This document shows positions 1 through 12,933 of a stretch of DNA of 64,000 bases, one piece after another. The position numbers were made by a program, and so were the translations under genes. The DNA is from Phoronis australis. Lineage: Eukaryota; Animalia; Phoronida. How positions within the stretch are numbered: the first letter of the stretch is position 1; each line of letters opens with the position of its first letter. The stretch covers positions 184,229 to 248,228 of the forward strand of contig NMRA01000158.1 in assembly GCA_002633005.1 (NCBI GenBank), read 5' to 3'. The notes beneath the pieces are model-generated. The model had not been told where the DNA came from and made no database searches. It saw nothing but the letters and a program-made list of their open reading frames with translations.

Positions 1-1100
1 ATATTCCTTATTTCTTGAAACTACACCAGCAATATTTTTATTATTCTTGATTAAATACGCCAAAATCTCCGCGCAAAATGTGAAAATGTAGGGAGACAAA
101 GGGTCACCTTGTCTGCAGCCATATTGAACCAGGAAGATTTGTGACCATTTACAACAAACGACTTAATATTACTATAAAAGACTTTTACCCACCTCCTGAT
201 CGACCAACCAAAATTAAGTAAAAGCAATCCTGGTTTGTTAGTTGACTAGGCATAAAACATTAAATCATATAACGCGGATATTTTCGTTCATATTTCTTCC
301 AGAAACAAAACCTGTCTGAGCCTTGCCAAGTAGTTTTCCCCAAACAGATTTTAACCATTCAGCCACAGCCGAAGAAGTCAATTTGTATGTCACATTGAGT
401 AAGGATATGGGTCTCCAGTTTTTCAAATAATGTTTACGTATAGCTGCTTCCTTAGGGATACACGTAATCACTCCCTCTTTCAGTGTTCATGATAACTGAC
501 CAACAGCAAAATCAGTATTAAGTGAACAAACAACGAAATGTCCAATGTCAGACCAAAAAGTTTCAGGAATGCCACTGAAAAAACCATCGGAGGCTGGGCT
601 CTTGTTGTTTTTCATTTTTTGAAGCATTGCGTGACTTCTTCGTATGTAAGAAGACCTTCTAATATTTGTTTTCTGTCTCATTCAGTTTGGAAACACACAC
701 CTTATTGTTAGAATTTCTATATTTGTATAGTGCATTTGTACAGATTTTCATAAAATGCTGTGGTTTCCTGAGTAACATCTTCTTCACTATTTCGTGTATA
801 TCTTTACAGCAACGCACCTTTCAGACGAAAACTTCCAACTCGATAACATCCTTGTGGGGTTCTTAAGGACACCAATACGGGTCGGTGTTACTAGTGGGTT
901 CCTGAATGTCAGATTTAGTGTACATTATCAGGCTTTTAACGGAAAATTTACTACAACAAGGCAAATGTATCATTACTTCTGATGGAGGGGCGATTAAATA
1001 GCTTGAATATAGACAACAACATGTGACACTGAGGCATCTCAATTTGTTCAAAAGTGAAATTTAAATGCATCATTATAAAAATCAGTTTTAACTTGTCTTC
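1..1100 (-). mobile_element. Degenerate L1/Tx1-clade LINE ORF2 fragment (linker and reverse transcriptase), frameshifted
   Basis: Minus-strand translations give RT motifs KNWRPISLLNVTYK...QTGFVSGRNMNENIR (ORF 265-471), KNNKSPASDGF (ORF 487-681) and GCRQGDPLSPYIFTFCAEIL (~61-120). Several frameshifts; continues past the window edge. The upstream boundary is approximate. Confidence 0.85.
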
Positions 1101-2649
1101 GCACCAATTGGGCAGCATGAATCTTTAGTTCTTTCGTCATTCGTAGAAATTATTTTTGTTTTCGTAGATAGCAGAGATCAGTGTTACAGTTGTAATGTTG
1201 AGCAATTGGTTTATATTTTTTTCTAATTCGGTACCTTCCACTCCGAGAGTTATCTCCCACTCAATTGCCGGTCCTGGTATTTCCCCCACGACAGCCCGTT
1301 TCACTCATCAATACATATCGATTGATTACGCATGTCCCACACGTTTACGCGCGCGAAACTCTCGGAAACGCGCGCATCCCATTAATAACAGAAAATGCTA
1401 TTTTTTCTTCGTCATGAAACCAATTGTTCCAGGACAACCATGAAAACCCTGTTGGCGGATACAAGCATGGGGAGCCATATTGAACCACATATTTATTACA
1501 GTATAACACGAAAAGCCGTCATTGACTTCTTCCACACCAACAATCCCACGCCCACAGTATTATGTTTTTGATAATGTTAGCAAAGGTTGAGATGAGATGG
1601 GTTTTATGTCTTTGTCGATGACATCAACCTGGCTGCAGAGGGCATTTTGCGGAAATACTATCGAATTCAATGTTGTGGAGTAGGAATCGGCGCCGAGGAG
1701 AAAGAAGACCAGCCGCCAGGTGGCGTGACCTGCTCGACAACGAGTCAGTTGCACTTCAAATACCTACGTGTACTGGTAACCTGTTTTTTTAACTCAAGCA
1801 GCCTTGACAAAGCAATAAGACGACTTGATAAACGCTTATCAAAAGTATCAGAAAAGGAGACGGTTGCACTAAAATATAGGAAACTCAAGCATGGCTAAAC
1901 GTAAAAACATTACAATCATATATTTGTGTGGTATGATAAAGATATGTTCAAAATATAAACTTTCTGTATGTTAAATTCAGTAATCCCCCACGTGAACATA
2001 TTTTCCCTCTGCGACATTCCGTCTACGACACAAAGAAACATTTTTTACTTGCTAAGAAATCATACAAATTTATTTCTTTGTGGAAAAAGCTGTTCTGTGT
2101 TATAAAACAGGCAACTTAAAAGGACGCCAAACCCTGTTCTGGCTTATTAACACATACTAAAACGACTTTTCCATCCAATTCTCCGAAACAACATTATACT
2201 CTGTAATACTCTACAATCCTTAAAAGTTTGGAGGGAAATTTGAAAACTTCTTTCAAAAACTGCTCAACAGGCAAGCGTAACCTACACTTTTAGCGAATTA
2301 CACGGCAATTGGGGGAAAAGACCTCCCACCAAGCACTATAATGTCCAATGTGTGACTCAGTGATGGTGCATTAGCAACCTGTGACTGAACGAGGATTGGC
2401 TGATATCATCAAAACTGGATTTAGTATCCATTTGAATATTGCAAATATTGTTACTTAAAAGACCTGGCACCATAAACAGAGCAAGTCTTCCATCATACTT
2501 TGAAATTTAAAAATAAAAAATATATTTTTCCATTCCGTCCGCGAGGTTTTGTTCAAGCAATGATAAAGCCACTGTAGAATATTCAGAAGTTATTTTTACT
2601 TGATTATAACCAAGGAGTATTATCTGGATTGGAAACTGTGTTATCAAAT

Positions 2650-2950
2650 CTCGTGATCCGTCAACTAAACTGTCACTGGCCCAATGTTTGTTCGGCCCTC
2701 CCATTCGGGACTTCATCCCTATTCGTCGAGGTCGGTATTGTGCATGGGAAGAGGCGCTTCGCAACAGGCATATGCGTGACGCCCCCCTTTGGTAGGAACA
2801 CACACGACGTGTGGAATGGTTCACATTTAATATCGAACAGAAAACCACCCCAACAAATGGGACAAAACTGGATCCGTCATTGTGTACGCCAGTTCGATCA
2901 ATACGCTTTTCGAGTCGAGGATTCAGGCAAATTCTTGCGCCTGTAAACAC
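2650..2950 (+). mobile_element. Degenerate Gypsy LTR-retrotransposon integrase C-terminal relic
   Basis: Frameshifted plus-strand translation RDPSTKLSLAQCLFGPPIRDFIPIRRGRYCAWEEALRNRHMR...W*EHTRR...PNKWDKTG...VRQFDQYAFRVEDSGKFLR matches, from memory, the post-catalytic tail of invertebrate Gypsy pol proteins. Confidence 0.75.
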
Positions 2951-3870
2951 TCAGGCAAACACCAGAGCGTCTCAATACTCGATGACATGACGCACGCTCA
3001 GTTTAATCCACCACATCATGAAAACAGTTCGCAAGCCGCAGGTCCTACGACGCCTCCATGTGCCCCCAGCGGGGCCGTAGGAAGCGGGGTACCCCAAGCT
3101 CCCCCAAAAAATTGCAGGCGTCAGGGTTAAACCAAGGCAACCGAAATAGGCTTGGGGCCGAGGACAGTCGAGAAAAGAAAGACCACGAATACGGATAAGA
3201 GAGAAAATTCAAGAAAACAGTGCATGGTTTACCCTTTCAGGGCCCTGGCCAGGACATTGTTGTTAGGGTCTTCGTTTTTGCCGCATACATGTTGGTCTTC
3301 TAAACGCATTTGAAAACGTGCACTTTTTCATTCATACATGTATTTCGACAAATCGAGAAAATTCGTAAAGCGAAGCTTTTGCGGAGCATGTCAATTCACT
3401 GAATTTTCAAATTCAGTAAGACAATTTTACAAGTGAAGAAATGCAAAATTATATTTTCCAGAGACTCTTGTTCAGCAAAGGATAACGAAGACAACTGTCG
3501 CTCTATTTTTCGTGCTTTTCTTCCTCTAAATTGTGTATTACATAAGGAAATTGATGCGCATTTCCTAAAACTTTTTAAAATATAGATCTTTCCATATTTA
3601 GGGGCCCAGCTGTGGAAAAGGACCATTGATGACATTCAAGTGGCCACCCTTTTCGTGTTTTGATTGTCAAATTCTTAAGGGGCCGCTCACGAAGAGAGGG
3701 TACAATGTTGGAATCGATTATCTCTATTTCCTGTTTTTTGAGAAATCGTACAACCGGCTTTCATGCTGAGGAAAGTCACATCTTGCAAGATCACCCGACA
3801 ATGGAATGAACTGTCACTCTTTTCCAAGCTCAATGATGTATAGCCTTTCATCTTAGCTGTCCCATTTCAG

Positions 3871-6800
3871 ACTAAAATTACCACTAGGGGGCACACCGGT
3901 TGTCGGATCCGTACGAAAGCTCGCTCATGCCGTCCCATCTACGGAAGGAACACATGTGCAAAAGTTCATGAACATACGTCAAGGCGTTTTGAAGATAGAG
4001 CAGCGGACCAGGACGCCGGACGGACGGGCGGACGGACGGAGATGACGGCATAATGCGTCCACATATAAATATGTGGGTGCATAAAAACACAGAACCGTGT
4101 ACAGCACAGCAGTATCAAAACATTCGACCCAAACAACCAAAAATCTGAAAAATACAATAGGATTGACCACCATCAAAATGTTTGAATTTTGAAGAACTTG
4201 TAGATCACTATTTGCGAATTACACAAAAAGACTACTTCTGATGGCTAGTTATAGATAATGTTACATTTTCCCAATAGTATCACAAGAATAGTATTTCTTT
4301 TGAAGGTCGTTCGTAGGAACTGTTTGTAATGAATTCACAAATGTTGAAAAGACTGGGAGCTACGATTTGTAATGACTGTGTACATGTCGAACGGGGGTGC
4401 TAAAAATACTAGCAACAATAAACAAATATTTCAGCGTGTTTTTTTTTTTGGAGTTCACGTTAAACTCGTGAACCGTTATAGGTACCTCGGAAATGAGCAA
4501 AAAACACCTTAATATGAATGTCCCATCTCCCATATTCCCCCGGTTACCCGTCAAAAGTCCGCGATCATGCCTGCGGAAATTACTTATAACATTCCGTTTT
4601 GATAAACAAATTGGTTGGTTTCTGATTTACATGTTTATGTATCTACGAAAACCGATAGGTTATTAATAGATGATTTTTGGCAATTAGAAGCTAATATTTT
4701 GAAAAATGATGATGTTGCACTGAATTCAGTTGAAGCCTGAATATGGAAAAAACTCAGATCCCCAAATAGTAAAGTGCACTTGCACGCTTCTTGCCTCTCT
4801 AAAATAAGTCTCAAAGACATTGATGAAATTCCCAAACATTTACTCACAATTCAAATGACAATAAGTGCATTGCTTTTAGACTTCGTTACAAGATTTGTCG
4901 TTTAAACTCACAAGAGATCAAAAGGGAATTAAGTCGTTAAATCAAGGTAAACTTATTGCTCATGGATTCGATTGTTGGTTTTTTAATTACATGTTTACGT
5001 ATCTACGAAAAGCAGCTGATTGACAGATAATTTTCACAATTAGAAGCAATGCTTCAAGGAACTTAGTTGCAAGCAGACATTGGGAAATTCGATCTATCTC
5101 CGACTATAAAAGTACACTACACGATTTGACTTGTCTATCTGAACGCAGTCTCAAAGATACTGATGAATGTCGAACAGCTTTACAAAGTGTCCTAAAAATT
5201 TATCACAATTCAAATGACAATAAACTGTTTATTGACTTATGAAATAAATTAGTGGGTTTAATTTCACAAACCGTAGATCGAATAAGTTTATTACAAGTAC
5301 TCAAAAAATAAAATTAAATTTATTGCTCATCAACTGGGAGAGGTTCGCTTTGCACTTCCTTGATGTTTTTAGTTTCTAATGGTATTACGCAATGAATTTT
5401 CTTCAAAACTGAATCATTTGCTTTCCATTCATGTGCATACTACACACACGGAGCACGTCATGACTGACGAACCAACGAAAAAAAATAAGGTGCAACTATG
5501 CAGTGAACCTGCACAGAATCTCAGTGATCCACGGGAGCTGAATTTGAACTCCAGGTGTTGAAGTGAGTGCATTTTTGAGACACACTCTGTATCATTTCCC
5601 CCAGCCACAAGAAAGTGGACTACCGGCTGTGTTTCATGAAGGGAATTTGAAACGGCAACAAAGGCACTCATACCAGGGACCTCGGGACCTCACCTTTCCA
5701 AAAAAGTCCTTCAAAGAATGGCCATGATAAAATGAACTTTTCCCGAAACTAGATCATGACAAAACGAATCTTGACCTTAGAACCAGCGCAGATGGATAGG
5801 TACGAGCTAAGCTGCCTGTCTCAAGTGAATCCATAGCTGTGCTGACCAGCGACTAGCTCTAGTTCATCGAATCCACTGTTGGATCCCAGCTACCCGTCAG
5901 TGTGCTGGCCCTAGACCCATTCTTACTCTCTGTGAAACTTTGTTGGTTCACGGTTACTCAAATTCTAATGGCTGCATCTCAGGTATTACCCCCCCCCCCC
6001 CCAACCCACCTATGGCGGACGCGGGGGTCGGTACAAATATGGTGACATCCAGAGAACGGGGGGGGGTGGAGATAGTGGAGATAGGAAGGAGGTGGGTTGA
6101 CGAAGTCGAATTGGTTTGTGTCCCCCCCCCCCTAATATTTACCTTCTTACGGGCCTGACCCCCAGCATCATCAGGTTGGTATGCCTTGACCCATTTGAAC
6201 CGCCATCAACGCCTCCGCCAGTGGTCTTGTCTCTCAGTCGACTGATTCACCAGCCGAACCACCGCCGCCATCTACGCCAGGACACAGCGGACTGCTTCCA
6301 CGTTCTCAGCGTGAGAGGAAGCGCCCTGCATGGCTCAAAGATTATGAAAGATAAGAGAATACGAACCCAAACGGCTGTCTAGTCGAGCAAGCTGGGCATT
6401 TCTGGAAATGTTCAACTTAACTCGGACGGCAGTGTAGCGCTCGATTGATTTCGTTCCCAAATGTTATTCTAAAGGCGTTACTCCCCCAATGTGCTTCGGC
6501 TCTGCACCTGCGCACTCACATGGCTTAGATCAAGGAACAGCTGGTGAGCTTGTCGCCTCGATTTCAGTTTAATTTTCATTTGAATCCTTTAGCATGGGCG
6601 GCGCAGCACTGAAAAAGTAGGGGGCTATACCCCCCCCAAACCCCTATGGTGCGCCGCCCATGTTTAGTAGGAGTCAACAAATTAAAATAAAACCACAAAA
6701 GATGTTGTTTTATATCTCTGGTCAAAAATAGAGCATCAAAAAGTCAACCCTAACCAAAAATGAACTTCAAAATACTTTTTTCAGTAAATTATTTTGTCCC

Positions 6801-7003
6801 TTTAGGATATACAAAAAGCCTTTACTGTTTATTGTCGTTTCTTTGCTGTATCTGTAAGAAAGAACAAATGGATCTATAAAACATTTATTTGCTTGCTCCA
6901 CTAATAATGAGGCAATACCTCAAAATAACAGAAGTAAGGTGTGTTGATGAGGACTAAACTTCAGTAATGATTGAGCAACTAAGAGAACTTAATCGTGAAA
7001 GAC
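3871..7003. repeat. Copy 1 of a ~3.1 kb duplication (copy 2 at 7891-10974), probably an allelic overlap at a contig join
   Basis: Near-identical colinear sequence with scattered SNPs and indels (e.g. ~39 bp near 4651-4689 absent from copy 2). Ends exactly at the single n at 7004. Confidence 0.9.
6593..6662. mobile_element. ~70-bp MITE, TIR CATGGGCGGCGCA, 5-bp TSD TTTAG (duplicate copy at ~10556-10629)
   Basis: catgggcggcgca...tgcgccgcccatg flanked by tttag at 6588-6592 and 6663-6667. Family members at 27743-27811 and, inverted and degenerate, at ~41298-41390. Confidence 0.8.
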
Positions 7004-7004
7004 N

Positions 7005-8100
7005 GCGTTGAATTGCGCCCACGAATGCATCGCAAATGGTGTGCTTTAGGGTTATTTATTTGTATCATAAAAATGGCCACTAGATGGCGCAAAAACGTAC
7101 CATCCATTAAAAAACTGGAACGTGCCATATTTCATAAAAACGTGTCAATAAACTTCAGAAAAACAAAGGAAAACAGAATAAAATGAAATTGCCACTTACG
7201 TGGGGCACAATATGAACGTACATGCCAATTTTCATAACCATTCTTCGAGCGGTTTGGTTGATAGAGGGGTGGACGCAAAAAACAGACTCGAAAACAGTAA
7301 AAATGGCAATTGGAGGCGCACACTACGTCGCATCCATCCGAAAACGGGAGAACAACGTCATCTCACTAATACATGCCTACATATCAAATTTTAGGAAAAT
7401 CTGTTTAAGACTTCTGAAGATACAGAGATAAACGTAAAAAACTAAAATTGTCAGTAGGGGGCACACCGGTAGGCGGATCTGTCCGAAAGTCGTCGTCACC
7501 TGTTGTCAACGTCATACAAATACACTTCCTAAATTTAGTAATGATCCCTCAAACGCTTTAGGAGATACAGCCATAAGCGCAAAAAAACAAAACTGCCACT
7601 AAGAGGCGCCACAATAGTGCAAATCGTCGGAAAATCACCGTCAGCCGTCCACTTCATAGTAAAAACATACATGTCAATTTTCACAATCATCCTTTAAGCG
7701 GTTAGGTTGATAGAGGGGTGGACGCAAAAAACAAACTCGAAAACAGTCAAAATGGCCACTAGGTGGCGCAAACTACGTTGAACCCATCCGAAAACGGCAG
7801 GACAGCGTCATCTCACTAATGGGTGCCTATATACCAAATTTTATGAAAATCCGTTCAGGACTTTTGAAGATACAGAGATAAACGTAAACAACTAAAATTG
7901 CCACTAGGGGGCACACCGGTTGTCGGATCCGTTCAAAAGCTCGCTCATGTCGTTCCATCTATGGAAGGAACACATGTGCAAAAGTTCATGAACATACGTC
8001 AAGGCGTTTTGAAGATAGAGCAGCGGACGCAGGACGGACGGGCGGACGGACGGAGATGACGGCATAATGCGTCCGCATATAAATGTGTGGGAGCATAAAA
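7005..8100 (+). mobile_element. Helentron-associated (HINE/DINE-1/pearl-like) non-autonomous element with internal tandem array
   Basis: Repeated ~115-160 bp units anchored on gccactagggggc-like motifs (near 7075, 7190, 7305, 7450, 7595, 7755, 7900), then a (GGAC)n microsatellite (~8023-8053), a terminal stem-loop gcgtccgcatataaatgtgtgggagc and an A-run. A truncated counterpart lies at 3871-4087. Confidence 0.7.
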
Positions 8101-10974
8101 ACACAGAACCGTGCACAGCACAGCAGTATCAAAACATTCGACCCAAACAACCAAAAATCTGAAAAATACAATAGGATTGACCACCATCAAAAAGTTTGAA
8201 TTTTGAAGAACGTGAAGATCACTATTTGTGAATTACACAAAAAAACTACTTCTGATGGCTAGTTATAGGTAATGTTATATTTTCCCAATAGTATCACAAG
8301 AATAGCATTTCTTTTGAAGGTCTTTCGTAGGAACTGTTTGTAATGAATTCACAAATGTCGAAAAGACTGGGCGCTACCATTTATAATGACTGTGCACATG
8401 TCGAACGGGGGTGCTCAAAATACTGCAACAATAAACAAATATTTCAGCGTGTTTCTTTTCGAGTTCACGTTAAACTCGTGCACCGTTATAGGTACCTCGG
8501 AAATGAGCAAAAAAACCTCTTAATATGAATGTCCCATCTCCCATATTCCCCGGGTTACCCGTCAAAAGTCCGCGATCATGCCTGCGGAAATTGCTTATAA
8601 CATTCCGTTTTGATAAACAAATTGGTTGGTTTCTGATTTACATGTTTATGTATCTACGAAAAGCTAATATTTTGAAAAATGATGATGTTGCAGTGAATTC
8701 AGTTGAAGCCTGAATATGGGAAAAAACTCAGATCCCCAAATAGTAAAGTGCACTTGCACGCTTCTTGCCTCTCTAAAATAACTCTCAAAGACATTGATGA
8801 AATTCCCAAACATTTACTCACAATTCAAATGACAATAAGTGCATTGCTTTTAGACTTCGGTACAAGATTTGTCGTTTAAACTCACAGGAGATCAAAAAGG
8901 AATTAAGTCGTTAAATCAAGGTAAACGTATTGCTCATGGATTCGATTGTTGGTTTTTGAATTACGTGTTTACGTATCTACGAAAAGGAGCTGATTGACAG
9001 ATAATTTTCACAATTAGAAGCAATGCTTCAAGGAACTTAGTTGCAACCAGAAATTGGGAAATTCGATCTATCGTCAGATCTCCAACTATAAAAGTACACT
9101 ACACGATTTGACTTGTCTATCTGAACGAAGTCTCAAAGATATTGATGAATGTCGGACAGCTCTACAAAGTGTCCTAAAAATTTATCACAATTCAAATGAC
9201 AATAAACTATTTATTGACTTATGAAATAGATTAGTGGGTTTAATTTCACAAACCGTAGATCGAATAAGTTTAAGTACTCAAAAAATAAAATTAAATTTAT
9301 TGCTCATCAACTGGGACAGGTTCGCTTTGCTCTTCCTTGATGTTTTTAGTTTCTAATGGTATTACGCAATGAATTTTCTTCAAAACTGAATCATTTGCTT
9401 TCCATTTCTGTGCATACTACACTCACGGAGCACGTCATGACTGACGAACCAACGATAAAAATAAGGTGCAACTATGCAGTGAACCTGCACAGAATCTCAG
9501 TGATCCACGGGAGCTGAATTTGAACTCCAGGTGTTGAAGTGAGTGCATTTTTGAGACACACTCTGTATCATTTCCCCCAGCCACAAAAAGTGGACTACCT
9601 GTTGTGTTTTATGAAAGGAATTTGAAACGGCAACAAAGGCACTCATACCAGGGACCTCGGGACCTCACCTTTCCAAAAAAATTCCTTCAAAGAATGGCCA
9701 TGATAAAATGAACTTTTCCCGACACTTGATCATGACAAAACGAACCTTGACCTTAGAACCAGCGCAGATGGATAGGTACGAGCTAAGCTGCTTGTCTCAA
9801 GTGAATCATGGCTGAGCTGATCAGCGACTAGCTCTAGTTCATCGAATCCACTGTTGGATCCCAGCTACCCGTCAGTGCGCTGGCCTTAGACCATTCTTAC
9901 TCTCCGAGAAACTTTATTGTTGGTTCACGGTTACCCAAATTCTAATGGCTGCATCTCAGGTATTACCCCCAACCCACCTATGGCGAACGCGGGGGTCGGT
10001 ACAAATATTGTGACATCCAGAGAAAGGGGGTGATGGAGATAGGAAGGAGGTGGGTTGGCGAAGTCGAATTGGTTTGTGTCCTCCCCCCCCCCCCTAATTT
10101 TTACCTTCCTACGGGCCTGGCCCCGAGCATCATCAGGTCAGTATGCCTTGACCCATATGAACCGCCATCAACGCCTCCGCCAGTGGTCTTGTCTCTCAGT
10201 CGACTGATTCACCAGCCGAACCACCGCCGCCGCCATCTACGCCAGGACACAGCGTACTGCTTCCACGTTCCCACCATGAGAGGAAGCGCCCTGCATGGCT
10301 CAAAGATTATGAAAGATAAGAGAATACAAACCCAAACGGCTGTCTAGTCGAGCAAGCTAGGCATTTCTGGAAATGTTCAACTTAACTCGCACGGCAGTGT
10401 AGCGCTCGATTTCGTTCCCAAATGTTTATTCTAAAGGTGTTACTCCTCCAATGTGCTTCGGCTCTGCACCTGCGCACTCACACGGCTTAGATCAAGGAAC
10501 AGCTGGTGAGCTTGTCGCCTCTATTTCAGTTTAATTTTTATTCGAATCCTTTAGCATGAGCGGCGCAGCACTGAAAAAGTAGGGGGCTATAACCCCCCCC
10601 CCCCAAACCCCTATGGTGCGCCGCCCATGTTTAGCAGGAGTCAACAAATTCAAATAAAACCACAAAAGATGTTGTATTATTTATATCTCTGGTCAAAAAT
10701 AAAGCATCAAAAAGTCAACCCTAACCAAAAATGAACCTCAAAATACTTTTTTCAGTAAATTATTTTGTCCTTTTAGGATGTACAAAAAGGCTTTACTGTT
10801 TATTGTCGTTTCTTTGCTGTATCTGTAAGAAAGAACAAATGGATCTATAAAACGTTTATTTGCTTGCTGCACTAATAATGAGGCAATACCTCAAAATAAC
10901 AGAAGTAAGGTGTGTTGATGAGGACTAAACTTCAGTAATGATTGAGCAACTAAGAGAACTTAATCGTGAAAGAC
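7891..10974. repeat. Copy 2 of the ~3.1 kb duplication; includes the probable 3' UTR of the ankyrin gene
   Basis: Starts actaaaattgccactagggggcacaccgg like 3871 and ends aatcgtgaaagac like 7003. Confidence 0.9.
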
Positions 10975-11058
10975 AGAAAGGCAGACCCACTACACGTTTG
11001 TTACGTTGCAAACGATAAAGATTTTCAGTGCAAACGCTGTTGGCGATTTCACATCGCA

Positions 11059-11462
11059 CTATTTTGCTTTACTTTCTTCGCCCCAGGATTTAGCACCGGC
11101 TTTTTTTAACACTTTAACAATATCACTTTCCTCGCTGTTAACAGCGTGCCACAGCGCGGTGTGTTTATTTTTGTCCGTTATGTCAACGTTACTTCCCGCC
11201 TTTAACAGTGCTTTAACAATGTCCTCATAACCTTCCTTGGCTGCCGTTATGAGCGCCGTGCATCCTTGGTCGTCCTGGATGTTGACGTCACACCCGGCGG
11301 ATATGAGCACCTCAACAACCTCGAGACTTTCGTTGTTCGTTGCAACGTGCAACGCGTTTTCGCCGTCGTTTTGCTTCACGTCCAAGTTGGCGCCATTTTT
11401 CACGAGGATCTCAACTGCTTCTAACACATCGTTATTGGCCGCTCGCATCAAAGCAGTCTCCC
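11059..11462 (-). CDS. Ankyrin gene terminal coding exon
   Basis: Acceptor tttttcttcttcag. Encodes (G)ETALMRAA...GENALHVA...GCTALITAAKEG...KKAGAKSWGEESKAK-stop. Confidence 0.9.
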
Positions 11463-12933
11463 CTGAAGAAGAAAAAGCAGTGTTGTTCGAAAGTTTCTGA
11501 TTTCATAGCGTTAGAGGCCTATACCAAAAGTTAGTTTGTGTATACAAGAGAACATGATAGCTATCCATAGAAAATGACATTTTGCTCACTGTACCCTCAG
11601 CGTTCTTCAAGTTAACGTCACATCCGCTCTTGATGAGCCTCTCGAACAGCGTCGGGTAGTCGTCTGCGTCCTCCGCTGCCAACATCAGCGCCGTGTTGCC
11701 GTCCTCATCCGTTAAATCAAGATTACACTTTCGACTAAGCAACAGCTCAATCTGAAATCAATCGGTGAAAAAGCCCAGTAGTCGTTTATTTAGACAACTA
11801 AGGCCTCTGACCAAAGCTCACCTTTCTTCAAACTGGCCCCACTAGAACTTAAACGTGTTAACCCCAAGTAAAACAAAACCTGTTTATCGCTAGGCCAATA
11901 CCCACAAGGGAACTTCGCAGCAAATGCGGATGGTGATTAGCAGTTGCAAACGCTTTCGTCTCCTTAGCAACGCATTACTTAGGAGCTCGTTAGCAAGACA
12001 TTTGTTACAGTTCCCAAACTCATTACCTGAAGGGGCAATACATTGGAAAGGGTGCTCTGGTTCTATGTCGATAACAGAATAACAAAGACAATGTCACGCA
12101 ACTGCATTGAAACCCATCGACCTAATTTATCTTTTTTACCACAGGAGGATGTCAACCACGCCATGTAAGACGTTTAATCAACATCAGTCGAATACTTACG
12201 AGTTCTTGCCTTTGGTCAACAAACGCCCTCATCAGCAGCGTCCTCTGTGAATTGTTCTGCATATCCGGGTCACAGCCTGCATTCAACATGAAGCGCGCCA
12301 TTTCCACGTGATCCGCAGTCCACGCGTCCTTCTCGGGGAGAGCAGAGCACGCCTGAAAGCACGGTGCATAATAGTTTTCCATGAATAATTCACTATGTGT
12401 ATAAGAACTGTCTTCATTTTTAAAAATAAAAGACTATTCTGAAATTCATTTCCTACGCTGTATCTGTAACAAAATTACTGAATGTTCACGTACTGAACGC
12501 CTCAGTTTGAAAGCAACAATAGTCTTCAAAGTCATTTTTCTTCAAAGTTGAACAGTCTAGTGATAAAGCATTGCCTTGTCTAATTAATAACACTGTTACT
12601 GGTCACATGGTCACTTGCCTGATACAAAGCGGTATTTCCTTCCGAGTCCTGCGAGTTAAGATCACAGCCACTGTTGATGAGAGCCAGCACAATGGTTTTC
12701 CTCCCCCATCGACTCGCCTCCATCAGCGCTGTCCGGCCCTGGTCATCACGAATCTCTTTGTCACAGCCCCGAGCGATCAACTTAGACGCGATGTCATCGT
12801 GACCATATTGTATTGCCAGAGAGAGGGCAGTCTTCCCTGTACCCGTGGCTTGAACATCGACGTCACATCCGGTGTTTAGGAAATGTTCGACTCCTTCAAT
12901 GTTTCCTGTTACCGCGGCAAGAACCAGCGCCAT
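11059..12933 (-). CDS. Ankyrin-repeat-only protein (~10 repeats, 342 aa), 4 coding exons
   Basis: Exons 12933-12619, 12352-12200, 11751-11595 and 11462-11059 total 1029 nt and join in phase. Repeated G-x-T-A-L...L(I/L)xxG(C/A)DVN ankyrin motifs. ATG in good context (aatATGG) just after an acceptor at 12942, so an upstream exon is likely. AATAAA on the minus strand at 10855-10860. Confidence 0.88.
11595..11751 (-). CDS. Ankyrin gene coding exon 3
   Basis: Acceptor gatttcag, phase-1 donor gtacag. Encodes IELLLSRKCNLDLTDEDGNTALMLAA...GCDVNLKNAE. Confidence 0.85.
12200..12352 (-). CDS. Ankyrin gene coding exon 2
   Basis: Acceptor gctttcag, donor gtaagt. Encodes ACSALPEKD...MLNAGCDPDMQNNSQRTLLMRAFVDQRQEL. 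Confidence 0.85.
12619..12933 (-). CDS. Ankyrin gene coding exon 1
   Basis: MALVLAAVTGN...GKTALSLAIQYGH...GRTALMEASRWG...GNTALYQ. Acceptor tcctccag; donor CAG|GCAAGT (GC type). Confidence 0.85.

Noticed and set aside
5155-5180. Hammerhead ribozyme core (CTGATGA)
   Set aside because: No stem II followed by GAAA; other CTGATGA/TCATCAG hits I noticed (~6169, 12229, 37820, 46644) also lacked the required helices on inspection.
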